A stretch of DNA of 64,000 nt from a bacterium (GCA_037146995.1 JBAWWA010000002.1:1955-65954), one strand, 5' to 3'. Positions 40,423 through 50,502 are shown, numbered from the stretch's first letter. Numbers and translations are program-made. The notes: a model not told the origin generated them from the sequence alone.

Positions 40423-42159
40423 TTAACCTCTCTCACTGATTAATTTTGTGATTTCAGCAAAGAATGATTTTTTATTAACACTCCGCATTTCACGGCTTCC
40501 TCGATCTCGAACGATCAAATCCTCAGATGACATCTCCTTGTCACCAATTACTAAGATATAAGGCACTTTTTCGTTAACTGCCTTACGCGTCTTGTTGCCG
40601 ACTGTTTCATTTTTATCATCAACTTCCGTGCGGATACCTTTACTCTTGAATTCTTTTGCTAATTCATGGCAATAATCATGATGAGATTCGCCAACTGATA
40701 AAATTTTGACTTGCACTGGAGCAAGCCAGACTGGAAAAGCGCCAGCAAAATGCTCGATGATAATACCAAAAAATCTCTCCATGGAACCTAAAATGGCCCG
40801 ATGTATAACAACGGGTGTCTTAGCCTTACCCTGCTCATCAATATATTCAAGTTCAAAACGCTGTGGCAATTGATAATCAAGCTGAATAGTGGCCAGCTGC
40901 CATTGGCGACCAATCACATCCTTAACCTTGACATCGATTTTCGGTCCATAAAATGCCCCGTCACCTTCATTTATCTTATAACTCAAACTTGCCTTTGCCA
41001 GAGCTGCTTTCAAAGAATTCTCTGCCTCATCCCAAGTAGCACGTTCGCCAAGAAAATTATCCGGACGAGTTGAGAGATGTATTTCGTCGATAGCTAGACC
41101 GAATATCTCATAAATACTCTTGATTTTCTCAAGCAATGTCAATATCTCATCAAAAATTTGATCCTCGCGAGCAAAGATATGTGTATCATCTTGTGACAGA
41201 CTTCGAACTCGAGTCAGGCCTTGTAATGTGCCTGATTTTTCATTGCGATAAAGCGTGGTAGCCTCAGCGATCCGAAGAGGTAATTCTTTATATGAATGGA
41301 TATCGCGCTTGAATATCAGCATATGAGCCGGACAGTTCATCGGCTTAACTCCCAAGTCCATATTGTCTTCAGCATGGTGCATACAAAACATATCATCCTT
41401 GTAATGATCCCAGTGCCCGGAAATTTTCCACAGTTCAGAGTTTAAAATCTGTGGCGTTCTGACTTCACGATAACCGTCACCCCACGACAGCTCCCTCACA
41501 AATTTTGTAAGCTCGTTGTATACAATCATGCCATTCGGCAAAAAGAACGGCATGCCTGGAGCCACCTCATGCATCATAAAGAGATCAAGCTCCTTGCCTA
41601 ATTTACGATGATCTCTTTTTTGCGCCTCCTCTAATTGATACAGATACTCATCGAGCCCAGCCTTATCAGCAAATGCTACACCATAAATTCGAGTCAACAT
41701 CTTGTTTTTTTCATCACCTCGCCAATAGGCGCCAGCTAGCTTCATGAGTTTAAAGCTGCCAGGTTTAATTTTGTTGGTATTTTCGAGATGTGGTCCACGA
41801 CATAAATCTGTAAACCCTCCAGTCGCATAAAAGCTGACTGTCGCTTCACCGGCATTTTTTAAATCCTCTATTAATTCTTGTTTGTATGTTTGCTCCTCAG
41901 TTTTTGCCAGCGCGATTGCTTCATCTATTATTAGATCACTGCGCTCAAATTTTAAATTTTGCTTGATCAGATGACTCATTTTTTTTTCAATTTTTACCAA
42001 ATCATCATCATTAACCTTAAGATCGCCAAAATCAATATCATAATAAAAGCCATTGTCCACACTTGGACCAATTGCAAATTTTACCGTCGGATATAATTCC
42101 TTAATTGCAGCTGCCATGATATGTGACAATGAATGTCGTAATATTTCGAGATTTTCCAT
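40423..42159 (-). CDS. thrS: threonyl-tRNA synthetase (no TGS domain)
   Basis: RHSLSH, DLCRGPH, RDHRKLG, KPMNCP, GAFYGPK. Confidence 0.99.
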   Translation of the reverse strand: MENLEILRHSLSHIMAAAIKELYPTVKFAIGPSVDNGFYYDIDFGDLKVNDDDLVKIEKKMSHLIKQNLKFERSDLIIDEAIALAKTEEQTYKQELIEDLKNAGEATVSFYATGGFTDLCRGPHLENTNKIKPGSFKLMKLAGAYWRGDEKNKMLTRIYGVAFADKAGLDEYLYQLEEAQKRDHRKLGKELDLFMMHEVAPGMPFFLPNGMIVYNELTKFVRELSWGDGYREVRTPQILNSELWKISGHWDHYKDDMFCMHHAEDNMDLGVKPMNCPAHMLIFKRDIHSYKELPLRIAEATTLYRNEKSGTLQGLTRVRSLSQDDTHIFAREDQIFDEILTLLEKIKSIYEIFGLAIDEIHLSTRPDNFLGERATWDEAENSLKAALAKASLSYKINEGDGAFYGPKIDVKVKDVIGRQWQLATIQLDYQLPQRFELEYIDEQGKAKTPVVIHRAILGSMERFFGIIIEHFAGAFPVWLAPVQVKILSVGESHHDYCHELAKEFKSKGIRTEVDDKNETVGNKTRKAVNEKVPYILVIGDKEMSSEDLIVRDRGSREMRSVNKKSFFAEITKLISERG

Positions 42160-42165
42160 ATTATT

Positions 42166-42777
42166 TTATTTATATATTTTTTTAAATATTTGATCAAACT
42201 CAAGTAAATTATCCCCCTCATACATAAGCTTTTCTTCTTCTGACAAATCCATGAACGACTTACCTAGAGCGGTATCGATCGTCACAGCACTCATTGGCCA
42301 GCCCTCTTTGTATAATGACCAATTTGGCGTATCTAAAACTTTAAATTCCCTACTCCAGCGCATTACATGTTCAGAGCCATCCGAGGTAACTATAGCACGA
42401 CTTATTTTAAAATAACCTTTTCTATCTTTATCGTTGACTTGTTTCATTTGATCAAGAAAAAAATCAAGCCATTCTCGATCACCAATTTCATCAGAGAATC
42501 GGCCTGCCCAGCGTCTCACCTGCACACCTGGCATATTGCCTAGAGCCGGTATATACATTCCGGCATCATCCGCGAAGCTTGCAACCCCGCTAAGCTTTGC
42601 ATAGTATCTAGCCTTTATTAAAGCGTTTTCCGTTTCATCTAGTCCGTTTTCTTCAACTACACTGCTAATTTTAAAATCATTAAGTGACAATAACTCTAAA
42701 TCAAAACTCGTCAGCAATTTTGAGAAATACTCTAACTTGGCCTTGTTGTGGGTGGCTATCAATAATTTATTCTTCAT
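42166..42777 (-). CDS. Ham1/RdgB-family non-canonical NTP pyrophosphatase (divergent)
   Basis: ATHNKAK, EENG...ENALIKA, ADDAG, PGV. Confidence 0.85.
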   Translation of the reverse strand: MKNKLLIATHNKAKLEYFSKLLTSFDLELLSLNDFKISSVVEENGLDETENALIKARYYAKLSGVASFADDAGMYIPALGNMPGVQVRRWAGRFSDEIGDREWLDFFLDQMKQVNDKDRKGYFKISRAIVTSDGSEHVMRWSREFKVLDTPNWSLYKEGWPMSAVTIDTALGKSFMDLSEEEKLMYEGDNLLEFDQIFKKIYK

Positions 42778-42808
42778 TCTGATTACAACTTCTAGCTATT
42801 AAATTTAA

Positions 42809-42980
42809 TAAAAGTCCCGTCCTGATAACACAAAAAAATGCATTACCGGGACGGGACTTTTTTATAAAAATGTCTCGCGGTTCCACCCAGATTCCTATTA
42901 CAAAAATAGGCTACTTTTTATCGATTTAGGATTAACAGCCAAATGGCTTCATGGTTGGTAGCCATGACAATCATCGATTT
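42809..42980 (-). ncRNA. T-box riboswitch leader (Thr, specifier ACC) with terminator
   Basis: AATCTGGGTGGAACCGCG T-box (42876-42893), downstream CGTCCC antiterminator partner, long terminator hairpin with U-run, Stem III cctatt/aatagg; upstream of thrS. Confidence 0.85.
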
Positions 42981-42985
42981 TTTAA

Positions 42986-43014
42986 ACTTTACTTGATTTT
43001 ACTCACCATGTCAA
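42986..43014 (-). promoter_or_regulatory. sigma70-type promoter of T-box leader
   Basis: TTGACA-17 nt-TAAAGT. Confidence 0.65.
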
Positions 43015-44562
43015 CTATTGTATTTGTTCAACCGGTGTAATTTTTATTCTATCTGTATAGGAAGGTACTTTGCCAATAAATCCAGGAATAAATGTAACTT
43101 TAAAGCTAGCCACATCTGGCAAGCTCGATAGATAATTTTTTAACTGATCAGCGCTTAAACCAACCAATTTTGACTTATCAATGACTGAAGGATTCTTTGC
43201 TACAACTGTACCTGAATAGCCGATATTGACCGTTGCACTATTATTGTAAACATCATATGTGCCTAGCTCATAAGTAACTTCTTTGTCATTAAACCCTAGG
43301 AGTAGCTTATTCTCCGGCACGGCTGAGTTTAATTGCATTTCAGCTATTTTTTTGGCATCAGCTTCGTTAAAAGCAATGACAGCAACTTTTATCGTGGCGG
43401 TTACCTTGAATTTATCCATCTCTTCACCTACTTTGGCAACTGCACTAGTCACGATCGAAGCATCATCAATTTTAAATAAAACTTTTGAATACTGAGTATT
43501 ATACGTGGGAACAATTTCATTTTCAGCCTTAATTGTTACCGCCTTTTTAACAACTTCAATCGCTCCATCCAAATCAGCTTGAGTTACTGTGTGCTTGATT
43601 GTCTCCTTGTATTTTATGTCTTCAATAGCTTCTGCATAAATCTTATCCTGGATTCCCGCCCACAAGCCTGGGATATTAAGTCTAGTGCCAAGTGGTACGT
43701 TTATGGCACTGTCAGCCTTGTCAGCATAAACTTGAACTTCGACTGATCCGCCGGCTGGTACATTAACAGTATTCTTTATCCTGAGCAGTTGGTTATTGGT
43801 CGATAATAATCTGGTTGAGGCAACTAGCGGTTGATTCCTAACATAATTATTAACTAACTTGACTGTGCCCGTTACATCCTGTCCCAGAGACTCAACACCG
43901 GTAGTTGGAATTTCTTCAGTTTGATAGATTTCAACCTCCTTAACTACGCCTATAACGCTAGTTGTACTCGAGGCCACCTGGCTACCACTTACGGTCAATA
44001 CCGAGCTACCCTTTAACTCGCCCTTACTCATGACAACTGCAATATCAACTTTCACAAGTGAAAAATAAAAAATGGCTGCCAATAAAAAGCCAGTTAAAAT
44101 CACAAACGAAACTGAAATTTTTCTATAGATATTAAATGACCGGCCGTGTAAATTCTTAAAATCAATTTTCTCATCCAAGTCATACTGACGAACTTTTGAC
44201 TCAACAGCACTCGATTCATCTTTTTGACTGGCCTTTAAGCGCTCAATCGTACTTGAGACTTTACTGGTTCTATTGTCTTTTTCTAAAGCCGATTCTATTA
44301 AAACCTTTTTTGGTGCAACTTCATCCAATACATCAACTTCTTCTGAATTATCAACACTTACCTGTTGACGCAAATCAAGCATACTGCCGCTGGTTAGATT
44401 ACCATGAATTTTTTTAATCTCGATAACCTTTCTTGATGATGAAATTACCGGCTTTTTTACCTCAGCTGGTGCTTGCTTAACAATCTTTTTAGGCTTTGCT
44501 TTTGGCTTAGCCACCGCTGACCCCTTGGCAGATGTTGTTTTTTTAACCACCTTTAGTGACAT
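43015..44562 (-). CDS. single-TM protein with baseplate-J-like extracytoplasmic domain
   Basis: Lys-rich N-terminus, TM, GTVKLVNN..NQPLVASTRL, VPAGGSVEV, IPGL, VTQADL; SD AAGGAG at ATG 44562. Confidence 0.7.
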   Translation of the reverse strand: MSLKVVKKTTSAKGSAVAKPKAKPKKIVKQAPAEVKKPVISSSRKVIEIKKIHGNLTSGSMLDLRQQVSVDNSEEVDVLDEVAPKKVLIESALEKDNRTSKVSSTIERLKASQKDESSAVESKVRQYDLDEKIDFKNLHGRSFNIYRKISVSFVILTGFLLAAIFYFSLVKVDIAVVMSKGELKGSSVLTVSGSQVASSTTSVIGVVKEVEIYQTEEIPTTGVESLGQDVTGTVKLVNNYVRNQPLVASTRLLSTNNQLLRIKNTVNVPAGGSVEVQVYADKADSAINVPLGTRLNIPGLWAGIQDKIYAEAIEDIKYKETIKHTVTQADLDGAIEVVKKAVTIKAENEIVPTYNTQYSKVLFKIDDASIVTSAVAKVGEEMDKFKVTATIKVAVIAFNEADAKKIAEMQLNSAVPENKLLLGFNDKEVTYELGTYDVYNNSATVNIGYSGTVVAKNPSVIDKSKLVGLSADQLKNYLSSLPDVASFKVTFIPGFIGKVPSYTDRIKITPVEQIQ

Positions 44563-44614
44563 ATTTACTCCTTTAATAATATATCCATATAATACCAATT
44601 TTAGAACATTATGT

Positions 44615-47600
44615 CTACGCTACTACCTCAACCTTATCGCCGCACTTTTCTTTGATTGCCATTTTTAGATTGTCGTCATTTTTAACCCTAAAACCCGTCT
44701 CTACTATACTAGCCTTGCCATTCTGACTAACCTTGAAATACACCTTTTCATTTCCAACGGCAGTCACTAACACCTCTCTTAGGCCAGTCATCACATCTGG
44801 CGTGCAATCACTAGCTAAAATTAATTTCAAGGGATTAGAAGTTACAGGTTTTGAAGCAGTGTTATTGCTTACCGTGCTATTATCCTGCGGCCTTGGTTTA
44901 AATTTTCGACTCTTTACCATTTCAGGCGCATTGCGAAAATTATTAAAATCTTCAACCGCTGTCTCCAAATTTAAAATAGCTACTTTATTGACCAATAATT
45001 TGGTTTCCTGATCTTTATCAGACACACGTCCAGTTATTAGAATAGCTCTACCATCAACCCACAAATCAGCTGTTTGCTTCAAAAGACTTGGAAAAATCAA
45101 TAACTCAGTCGAATCATTTTGATCTTCAACCTTTACAAATAACATCGTATCATTTGACCGGGTTTGTATTTTTTTAATCGTCGAAATAATGCCACCAGTT
45201 ACAATATCGGAATCGCGAGAAACGGTTCGTAATCTCCTGATAGGAATTATTTGCTGACCGATAATTTTATGGAACTCGCCAAAAGGATGCTCAGAGAGAT
45301 ACAAGCCAAGCAGTTCTTTTTCCCAGGAAAGCTTTTCCTGCTGACTAAAAGTGCCAGTCTTATCGAGCCTGACCTTTTGTTTTTGCATAATACTCGGCGT
45401 TGCCGCAAAGAGGCTGGTCTGCGCAATATTTGTGGTTTTACCAACGTCCTTATTGAACGCTAACAAGTTATCCATATTCGACAGAAATATTCCCCGATCC
45501 CCCCATGAATCAAAGGCGCCACACTTTACCAAGCTCTCAAGCGATTTCTTATTCATGTTCTTGTCTTTCACCCTTTCTAGCAAGTCAGAGACATCAAGAT
45601 AAGGACCGTTAGCTTGCCTTTCTGCTACAACCACCTCAGCAATGTGACCACCGAAATTCTTGATCGCTTTTAAGCCAAACCTGATTGTTTTAATTTCAGC
45701 TGCACTATCATCCTTGTTGACCACCACAGTAAAGGTGTCAAAAGACTCATTAATATCAGGTGGCAAGACCTCAATACCCATCTTTCTTGCCTCTTCAATC
45801 TCAATTGATATCCTATCAGAATCACCTTGATCAGAAACCATCAAAGCCGCCATAAATTCAGCCGGCCAATTAGCCTTGAGATAGGCGGTCTGATAACCAA
45901 TGATAGCATAACAAGCAGCATGACTACGATTAAAACCGTAACCAGCAAAAGGCTCAATAAAGGCAAAGATTTGGGCTGCTAAATCAGAGTTAATGCCGTT
46001 TTTAACACAGCCGTTAATAAACTTCTCTTTTTGCTCACCGAGCAATTTGACAATCTTTTTACCCACCGCTTTGCGCAGCACATCTGCCTCGCCCATTGTA
46101 AAACCGGCCAAATCACGAGCCATCTGCATAACTTGCTCCTGATATATAGCTACACCATAAGTCACTCCCAAAATCGGTTCTAGTTTCGGATGCAGATATT
46201 CCGGTTTTTTCTTACCGTTTTTGCCGGCAATATAATCCGGAATCCACTCCATCGGACCTGGGCGGTAAAGCGCTACCATAGCGATTATATCCTCAATGTC
46301 GGTAGATTTGAGTTCTCGCAAATAACGCTTCATACCAGAACTTTCAAATTGAAAGACGCCAGTTGTTTCACCATCCTGAAACAACTTAAAAGCCTTCTTA
46401 TCATCAAGGGGAATGTCATCTATATCAATCTCAATACCACGTGTATTTTTTATAATCTTGATAGCCGACTCAATGATGGTTAGATTTTTTAGACCCAAAA
46501 AGTCCATCTTAAGTAAGCCCAGATCTTCAACCGGATGCAGCGAATATTGCGAAACGATATTTTGATCAGCACTGGAGGCGTATTGCACCGGAGCATATTC
46601 TGTGATTGGATCACGAGTGATTAAGACACCACAAGCATGGGTTGAGGCATGTCTAACGCAACCCTCCAAACGTATGGCATAGTCAATTAAAACTTTCGCG
46701 CTCTCGTCATTTTTATAAATATCCTTAAACTCCGTAACATCACTCAAGGCATCTTTAATATTCGAAAACTGCGGAATCATTTTCGCCAAACGGTCGCAAA
46801 ATTCATAAGGATAATCAAGAACCCTGCCAACATCACGGACTGCTGCCCTAGCAGCCATAGTTCCGAAAGTAATAATCTGCGCCACATGATCCTGACCATA
46901 TTTTTCCGCTACATATTTAAGTACATCGTCTCGGCGAATATCTGAAAAATCAGTATCAATATCAGGCATCGAAATACGTTCAGGATTAAGGAACCGTTCA
47001 AACAAAAGATTGTATTTAATCGGATCCAAATTCGTGATACCAATAAGATAACAAACCAGCGAACCAGCCGCTGAGCCACGGCCAGGACCAACAACTACGC
47101 CGTTATCCTTGGCCCAATTAATAAAATCGGAAACGATCAAAAAGTACGAGGGCCAACCCATGCGCTCCACAACTGAAATTTCATAATCCAAACGCTCTCT
47201 GATAACGGGTGCCACCTTATCGTAATTCAGTCCATAACGTTTTATTACCCCATCCTTACACCAATCAATTAAAACTTCCATTTCGCTCTTACCCACTGGC
47301 ACAGGAAAAACCGGCAAGGATATTTCACCCAGCGGTATCTCAAGGTCACACATCTCAGCAATCTTGACCGTGTTTTCCAATGCCTCAGGTACATGGGAAA
47401 AAACCGCCTTCATCTCCTCTTCACTTTTATAAAAATAATCACGACCATGCATCTCCATGCGGTCTTTGTCATTCTTTTTCTTTTTGGTTTGCATGCATAG
47501 CAAAACATCTTGTGCGTCGTAATCAGATGCCTTGATGTAGTGCAAGTCGTTAGTTGCCACCAGCGGGATGTTCATCTCTTTGGACAAGATGATTAATTTA

Positions 47601-48163
47601 TCATTCATAGCCGCCTGCCCCTCCAACTCCGGATGATCTTGTAATTCAAGAAAATAATTACCCTGACCAAATACTTCATTGTATTCTAGTATTCTTTGCT
47701 TTGCCCTTTCTAATTTACCAGATTCGATCAAGCGCGGAATCTCGCCACCCAGACAAGCCGAACAAGCAATCAGACCTTCGCTGTGCTTTTTTAACAACTC
47801 CCAGTCAATCCTGGGCTTGTAATAATAACCCTCTAAATGCGCAGCTGAAACCAACTTTAAGAGATTTTTATAACCGGTAAAATTTTTCGCAAGTAATAAA
47901 AGATGATAATTAGCCGCATCCTCACGCGTTAGTTTTTGATGCAAGCTCACCGGGGCCAAATACGTCTCCACCCCAACAATCGGTTTTATGCCTTCTTTCT
48001 TGCATTTTTGATAAAACTCGATAATACCATACATTGAGCCGTGATCAGTTAAAGCAACGGCCGGTGCGCCATCCTCTTTGGCGCGCAAAACTAGCTCATC
48101 AATTTTTGTCAAACCATCAAGCAAGCTGTAGTGCGAATGTACATGTAAGTGGACAAAAGACAT
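44615..48163 (-). CDS. dnaE: DNA polymerase III alpha subunit
   Basis: PHP HLHVHSHYSLLDG, GRGSAAGS, PDIDTD, GYGFNRSH, OB fold. Confidence 0.99.
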   Translation of the reverse strand: MSFVHLHVHSHYSLLDGLTKIDELVLRAKEDGAPAVALTDHGSMYGIIEFYQKCKKEGIKPIVGVETYLAPVSLHQKLTREDAANYHLLLLAKNFTGYKNLLKLVSAAHLEGYYYKPRIDWELLKKHSEGLIACSACLGGEIPRLIESGKLERAKQRILEYNEVFGQGNYFLELQDHPELEGQAAMNDKLIILSKEMNIPLVATNDLHYIKASDYDAQDVLLCMQTKKKKNDKDRMEMHGRDYFYKSEEEMKAVFSHVPEALENTVKIAEMCDLEIPLGEISLPVFPVPVGKSEMEVLIDWCKDGVIKRYGLNYDKVAPVIRERLDYEISVVERMGWPSYFLIVSDFINWAKDNGVVVGPGRGSAAGSLVCYLIGITNLDPIKYNLLFERFLNPERISMPDIDTDFSDIRRDDVLKYVAEKYGQDHVAQIITFGTMAARAAVRDVGRVLDYPYEFCDRLAKMIPQFSNIKDALSDVTEFKDIYKNDESAKVLIDYAIRLEGCVRHASTHACGVLITRDPITEYAPVQYASSADQNIVSQYSLHPVEDLGLLKMDFLGLKNLTIIESAIKIIKNTRGIEIDIDDIPLDDKKAFKLFQDGETTGVFQFESSGMKRYLRELKSTDIEDIIAMVALYRPGPMEWIPDYIAGKNGKKKPEYLHPKLEPILGVTYGVAIYQEQVMQMARDLAGFTMGEADVLRKAVGKKIVKLLGEQKEKFINGCVKNGINSDLAAQIFAFIEPFAGYGFNRSHAACYAIIGYQTAYLKANWPAEFMAALMVSDQGDSDRISIEIEEARKMGIEVLPPDINESFDTFTVVVNKDDSAAEIKTIRFGLKAIKNFGGHIAEVVVAERQANGPYLDVSDLLERVKDKNMNKKSLESLVKCGAFDSWGDRGIFLSNMDNLLAFNKDVGKTTNIAQTSLFAATPSIMQKQKVRLDKTGTFSQQEKLSWEKELLGLYLSEHPFGEFHKIIGQQIIPIRRLRTVSRDSDIVTGGIISTIKKIQTRSNDTMLFVKVEDQNDSTELLIFPSLLKQTADLWVDGRAILITGRVSDKDQETKLLVNKVAILNLETAVEDFNNFRNAPEMVKSRKFKPRPQDNSTVSNNTASKPVTSNPLKLILASDCTPDVMTGLREVLVTAVGNEKVYFKVSQNGKASIVETGFRVKNDDNLKMAIKEKCGDKVEVVA

Positions 48164-48280
48164 AATAAGTATAAAAAAGAAAGAAAAGGCAAATCTGCCC
48201 CTTTAAATAAATACATTATAAAGCAATTTTTTAAAATCCGCAAAGACTTTTTTAAAAGAATTTTTTAAGCTTAAAAATAC

Positions 48281-48307
48281 AAAAAAACCACCCGAAGGTG
48301 GTTTTTT
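48281..48307 (-). terminator. intrinsic terminator after parB
   Basis: aaaaaaccacc-cgaa-ggtggtttttt. Confidence 0.75.
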
Positions 48308-49180
48308 CTATGACATTTTCAAGATTATATTTTGCAGCTCTTCGTCATCGTAAAAATGAATAACGATCTCACCACCCTTAGCCTTGCGTCTAATTTCAGC
48401 CCTAGCCTGCAAGGCCTCACGTATAGCGAATTCTTTGTCTTTGTCTTGATAATTTATTTTTACCCGCTGTTGTTTCGTGCCTCCCATTTCCCGCGTTTCT
48501 TTAGTTGTATCGGCAACGCTCAAACTTCCATGAACTATTTTTCGATATAGACCCATTTGCTTGACCTCACCCTCAAGACCCAAAATAACCTTAGCATGAC
48601 CCTCTGTTATATTGCCCTCCATTAGACCTAGCTGTATTTCATCCGGCAAAGTCAATAAGCGCAGTGAATTAGCGACCGACGGTCTGGCTTTGCCAACTCG
48701 CTTAGCCAAATCATCCTGGGTCATACGAAAATCATTGAGCAGCTTTTGATAGGCTACAGCCGTCTCGATTGGATTCAACTCGGAACGTTGGATATTTTCA
48801 ATCAAGGCGATTTCTTGCTTATCCTGTTCACTGGCTTCCCTGACAATGACCGGGATTTTCAATAGACCCAGTTCTTTGGCTGAACGTAAACGACGTTCAC
48901 CGGCAATTAATTGAAATTGATTTTCATTAATCTTGGTCACAATCAAGGGCTGAATAATCCCATGAATACGAATTGACTCAACTAAATCATGAAGATCTCG
49001 CTCCTTGAATTGCTTGCGAGGCTGAAAGGGATTAACTTCAATCTGGTCTGGAGAGACTTGCAATATTCGATCTTTTTCGTCAATCGTGGTCGTGTTAATT
49101 ATGGTATCACCAGTCGGTGAAACCACGCGCATAACTTTTTTTGGTATTAAGGAGTCTAGCCCCCTGCCTAATCCAGACAT
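48308..49180 (-). CDS. parB: chromosome partitioning protein ParB/Spo0J
   Basis: GLGRGL, NPFQPR, AGERRLR, ENIQR, HTH. Confidence 0.97.
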   Translation of the reverse strand: MSGLGRGLDSLIPKKVMRVVSPTGDTIINTTTIDEKDRILQVSPDQIEVNPFQPRKQFKERDLHDLVESIRIHGIIQPLIVTKINENQFQLIAGERRLRSAKELGLLKIPVIVREASEQDKQEIALIENIQRSELNPIETAVAYQKLLNDFRMTQDDLAKRVGKARPSVANSLRLLTLPDEIQLGLMEGNITEGHAKVILGLEGEVKQMGLYRKIVHGSLSVADTTKETREMGGTKQQRVKINYQDKDKEFAIREALQARAEIRRKAKGGEIVIHFYDDEELQNIILKMS

Positions 49181-49224
49181 AGATTATTAATTAATATTAA
49201 TTACTTCGAATTTAAAATTTAAAT

Positions 49225-50025
49225 TTAACCAAAACTTATACCAAAACCGCCTGAACTACTCCCTAGCTCGAGATCAATAACCTCTCTAGCTAATTTCTCA
49301 TAAGCCTTCCCACCCTTTGAACTCGCGTCATAGTGAAGAATTGAACGACCGTAAGACGGAGATTCCGCCAATTTCACGTTCCGTGGCACAACTGTTCTAA
49401 AAATTCTATTTGGAAAATGTTTATATAATTCTTCCATAACCGAATCCGAGAGTTTATTGCGCTTATCAAACATCGTAATGACTGCCCCCATGATACCAAG
49501 CTCAGGCTTCAAATTAGCCTGAACTAGGCCAATCGTATTTAAAAGCTGACTCAGGCCTTCCAAGGCATAATACTCGCTTTGAATCGGTATCAAGACCTCA
49601 TCAGCCGCCACCAAACTATTAATCGTCAAAAGTCCCAAAGACGGTGGACCATCAATAATAATATAGTCATACTCGTCTTTTATTTCTGACAGTATTTTTT
49701 GCAACCGATATTCACGTTCATCCATATGCACTAGATCGATACCTGCTCCGGCCAGTGACAAAGTGGCTGGTGCAACACGAAAACGATCCTGCATGGTGCG
49801 CTTGATAATATCAACCATGGTTTTTTGACCAACCAAGGCCTCATAGACGCCGTGCTCTAAGTCCCGATGTTCAATACCAAGACCTGAAGTGGCATTGGCC
49901 TGCGGATCAATATCAACAAGCAGTACTTCCTTGCCTAAATGTGCCAAAAAAGCCCCCAAATTGACCGCTGTGGTGGTTTTTCCTACGCCCCCTTTCTGAT
50001 TGACGACTGATATAATTTTGCCCAT
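49225..50025 (-). CDS. parA: chromosome partitioning ATPase ParA/Soj
   Basis: NQKGGVGKTTT, DPQANAT, EYYALEG. Confidence 0.97.
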   Translation of the reverse strand: MGKIISVVNQKGGVGKTTTAVNLGAFLAHLGKEVLLVDIDPQANATSGLGIEHRDLEHGVYEALVGQKTMVDIIKRTMQDRFRVAPATLSLAGAGIDLVHMDEREYRLQKILSEIKDEYDYIIIDGPPSLGLLTINSLVAADEVLIPIQSEYYALEGLSQLLNTIGLVQANLKPELGIMGAVITMFDKRNKLSDSVMEELYKHFPNRIFRTVVPRNVKLAESPSYGRSILHYDASSKGGKAYEKLAREVIDLELGSSSGGFGISFG

Positions 50026-50205
50026 AATTGGCTAAAAAATGGCTAGTCTAGCTAGTCAGAATTAATAACCTTATTATAACCGAAAAAGAACCCTTTGACA
50101 ATTTATTTCAACTTCCCTATAATATTCTCATAACTAGCGAAAAGGCTGGTTTTAAATTTGCTATATATAAAAGGTTTAAAAACTTCAATATTAAAGCAAG
50201 GTGGC

Positions 50206-50289
50206 GCCGTGGTGGTGGAATTGGTATACGCAGGAGACTCAAAATCTCCCGGTCGCAAGGCCTTGAGGGTTCGAGTCCCTCCCGCGGCA
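50206..50289 (+). tRNA. tRNA-Leu(CAA)
   Basis: GCCGTGG/CCGCGGC acceptor, anticodon loop CTCAAAA, long variable arm, GGTTCGAGTCC. Confidence 0.95.
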
Positions 50290-50440
50290 CAAATAAAAAA
50301 AGAACTGACGAAAGTCGGTTCTTTTCGTATTTTGTGCTATTGAGAAAGGGACGAGAAGTTTATGCCGCGTAGCTTAAGCGAAGTGGCAAGTCCCTCCCGC
50401 GGCACAAATAAAAAAAGAACTGACGAAAGTCGGTTCTTTT
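50274..50440 (+). repeat. 52 bp direct repeat (tRNA-Leu 3' end plus terminator) flanking a structured element
   Basis: 50274-50325 identical to 50389-50440. Confidence 0.9.
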
Positions 50441-50502
50441 TGTTTATGTATTGCTAAGAAAAATGAATATTTATTTCTACACTAACTATTTACACTAAAA
50501 AA

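Noticed and set aside
43015-44562. Prophage tail or contractile injection system
   Set aside because: No sheath, tube, spike or other phage genes nearby; flanked by dnaE and the thrS operon
50158-50343. 61 aa ORF in the track
   Set aside because: Overlaps tRNA-Leu; spurious
50274-50440. Direct repeats as a CRISPR array
   Set aside because: Only two copies, derived from the tRNA end plus terminator; no cas genes
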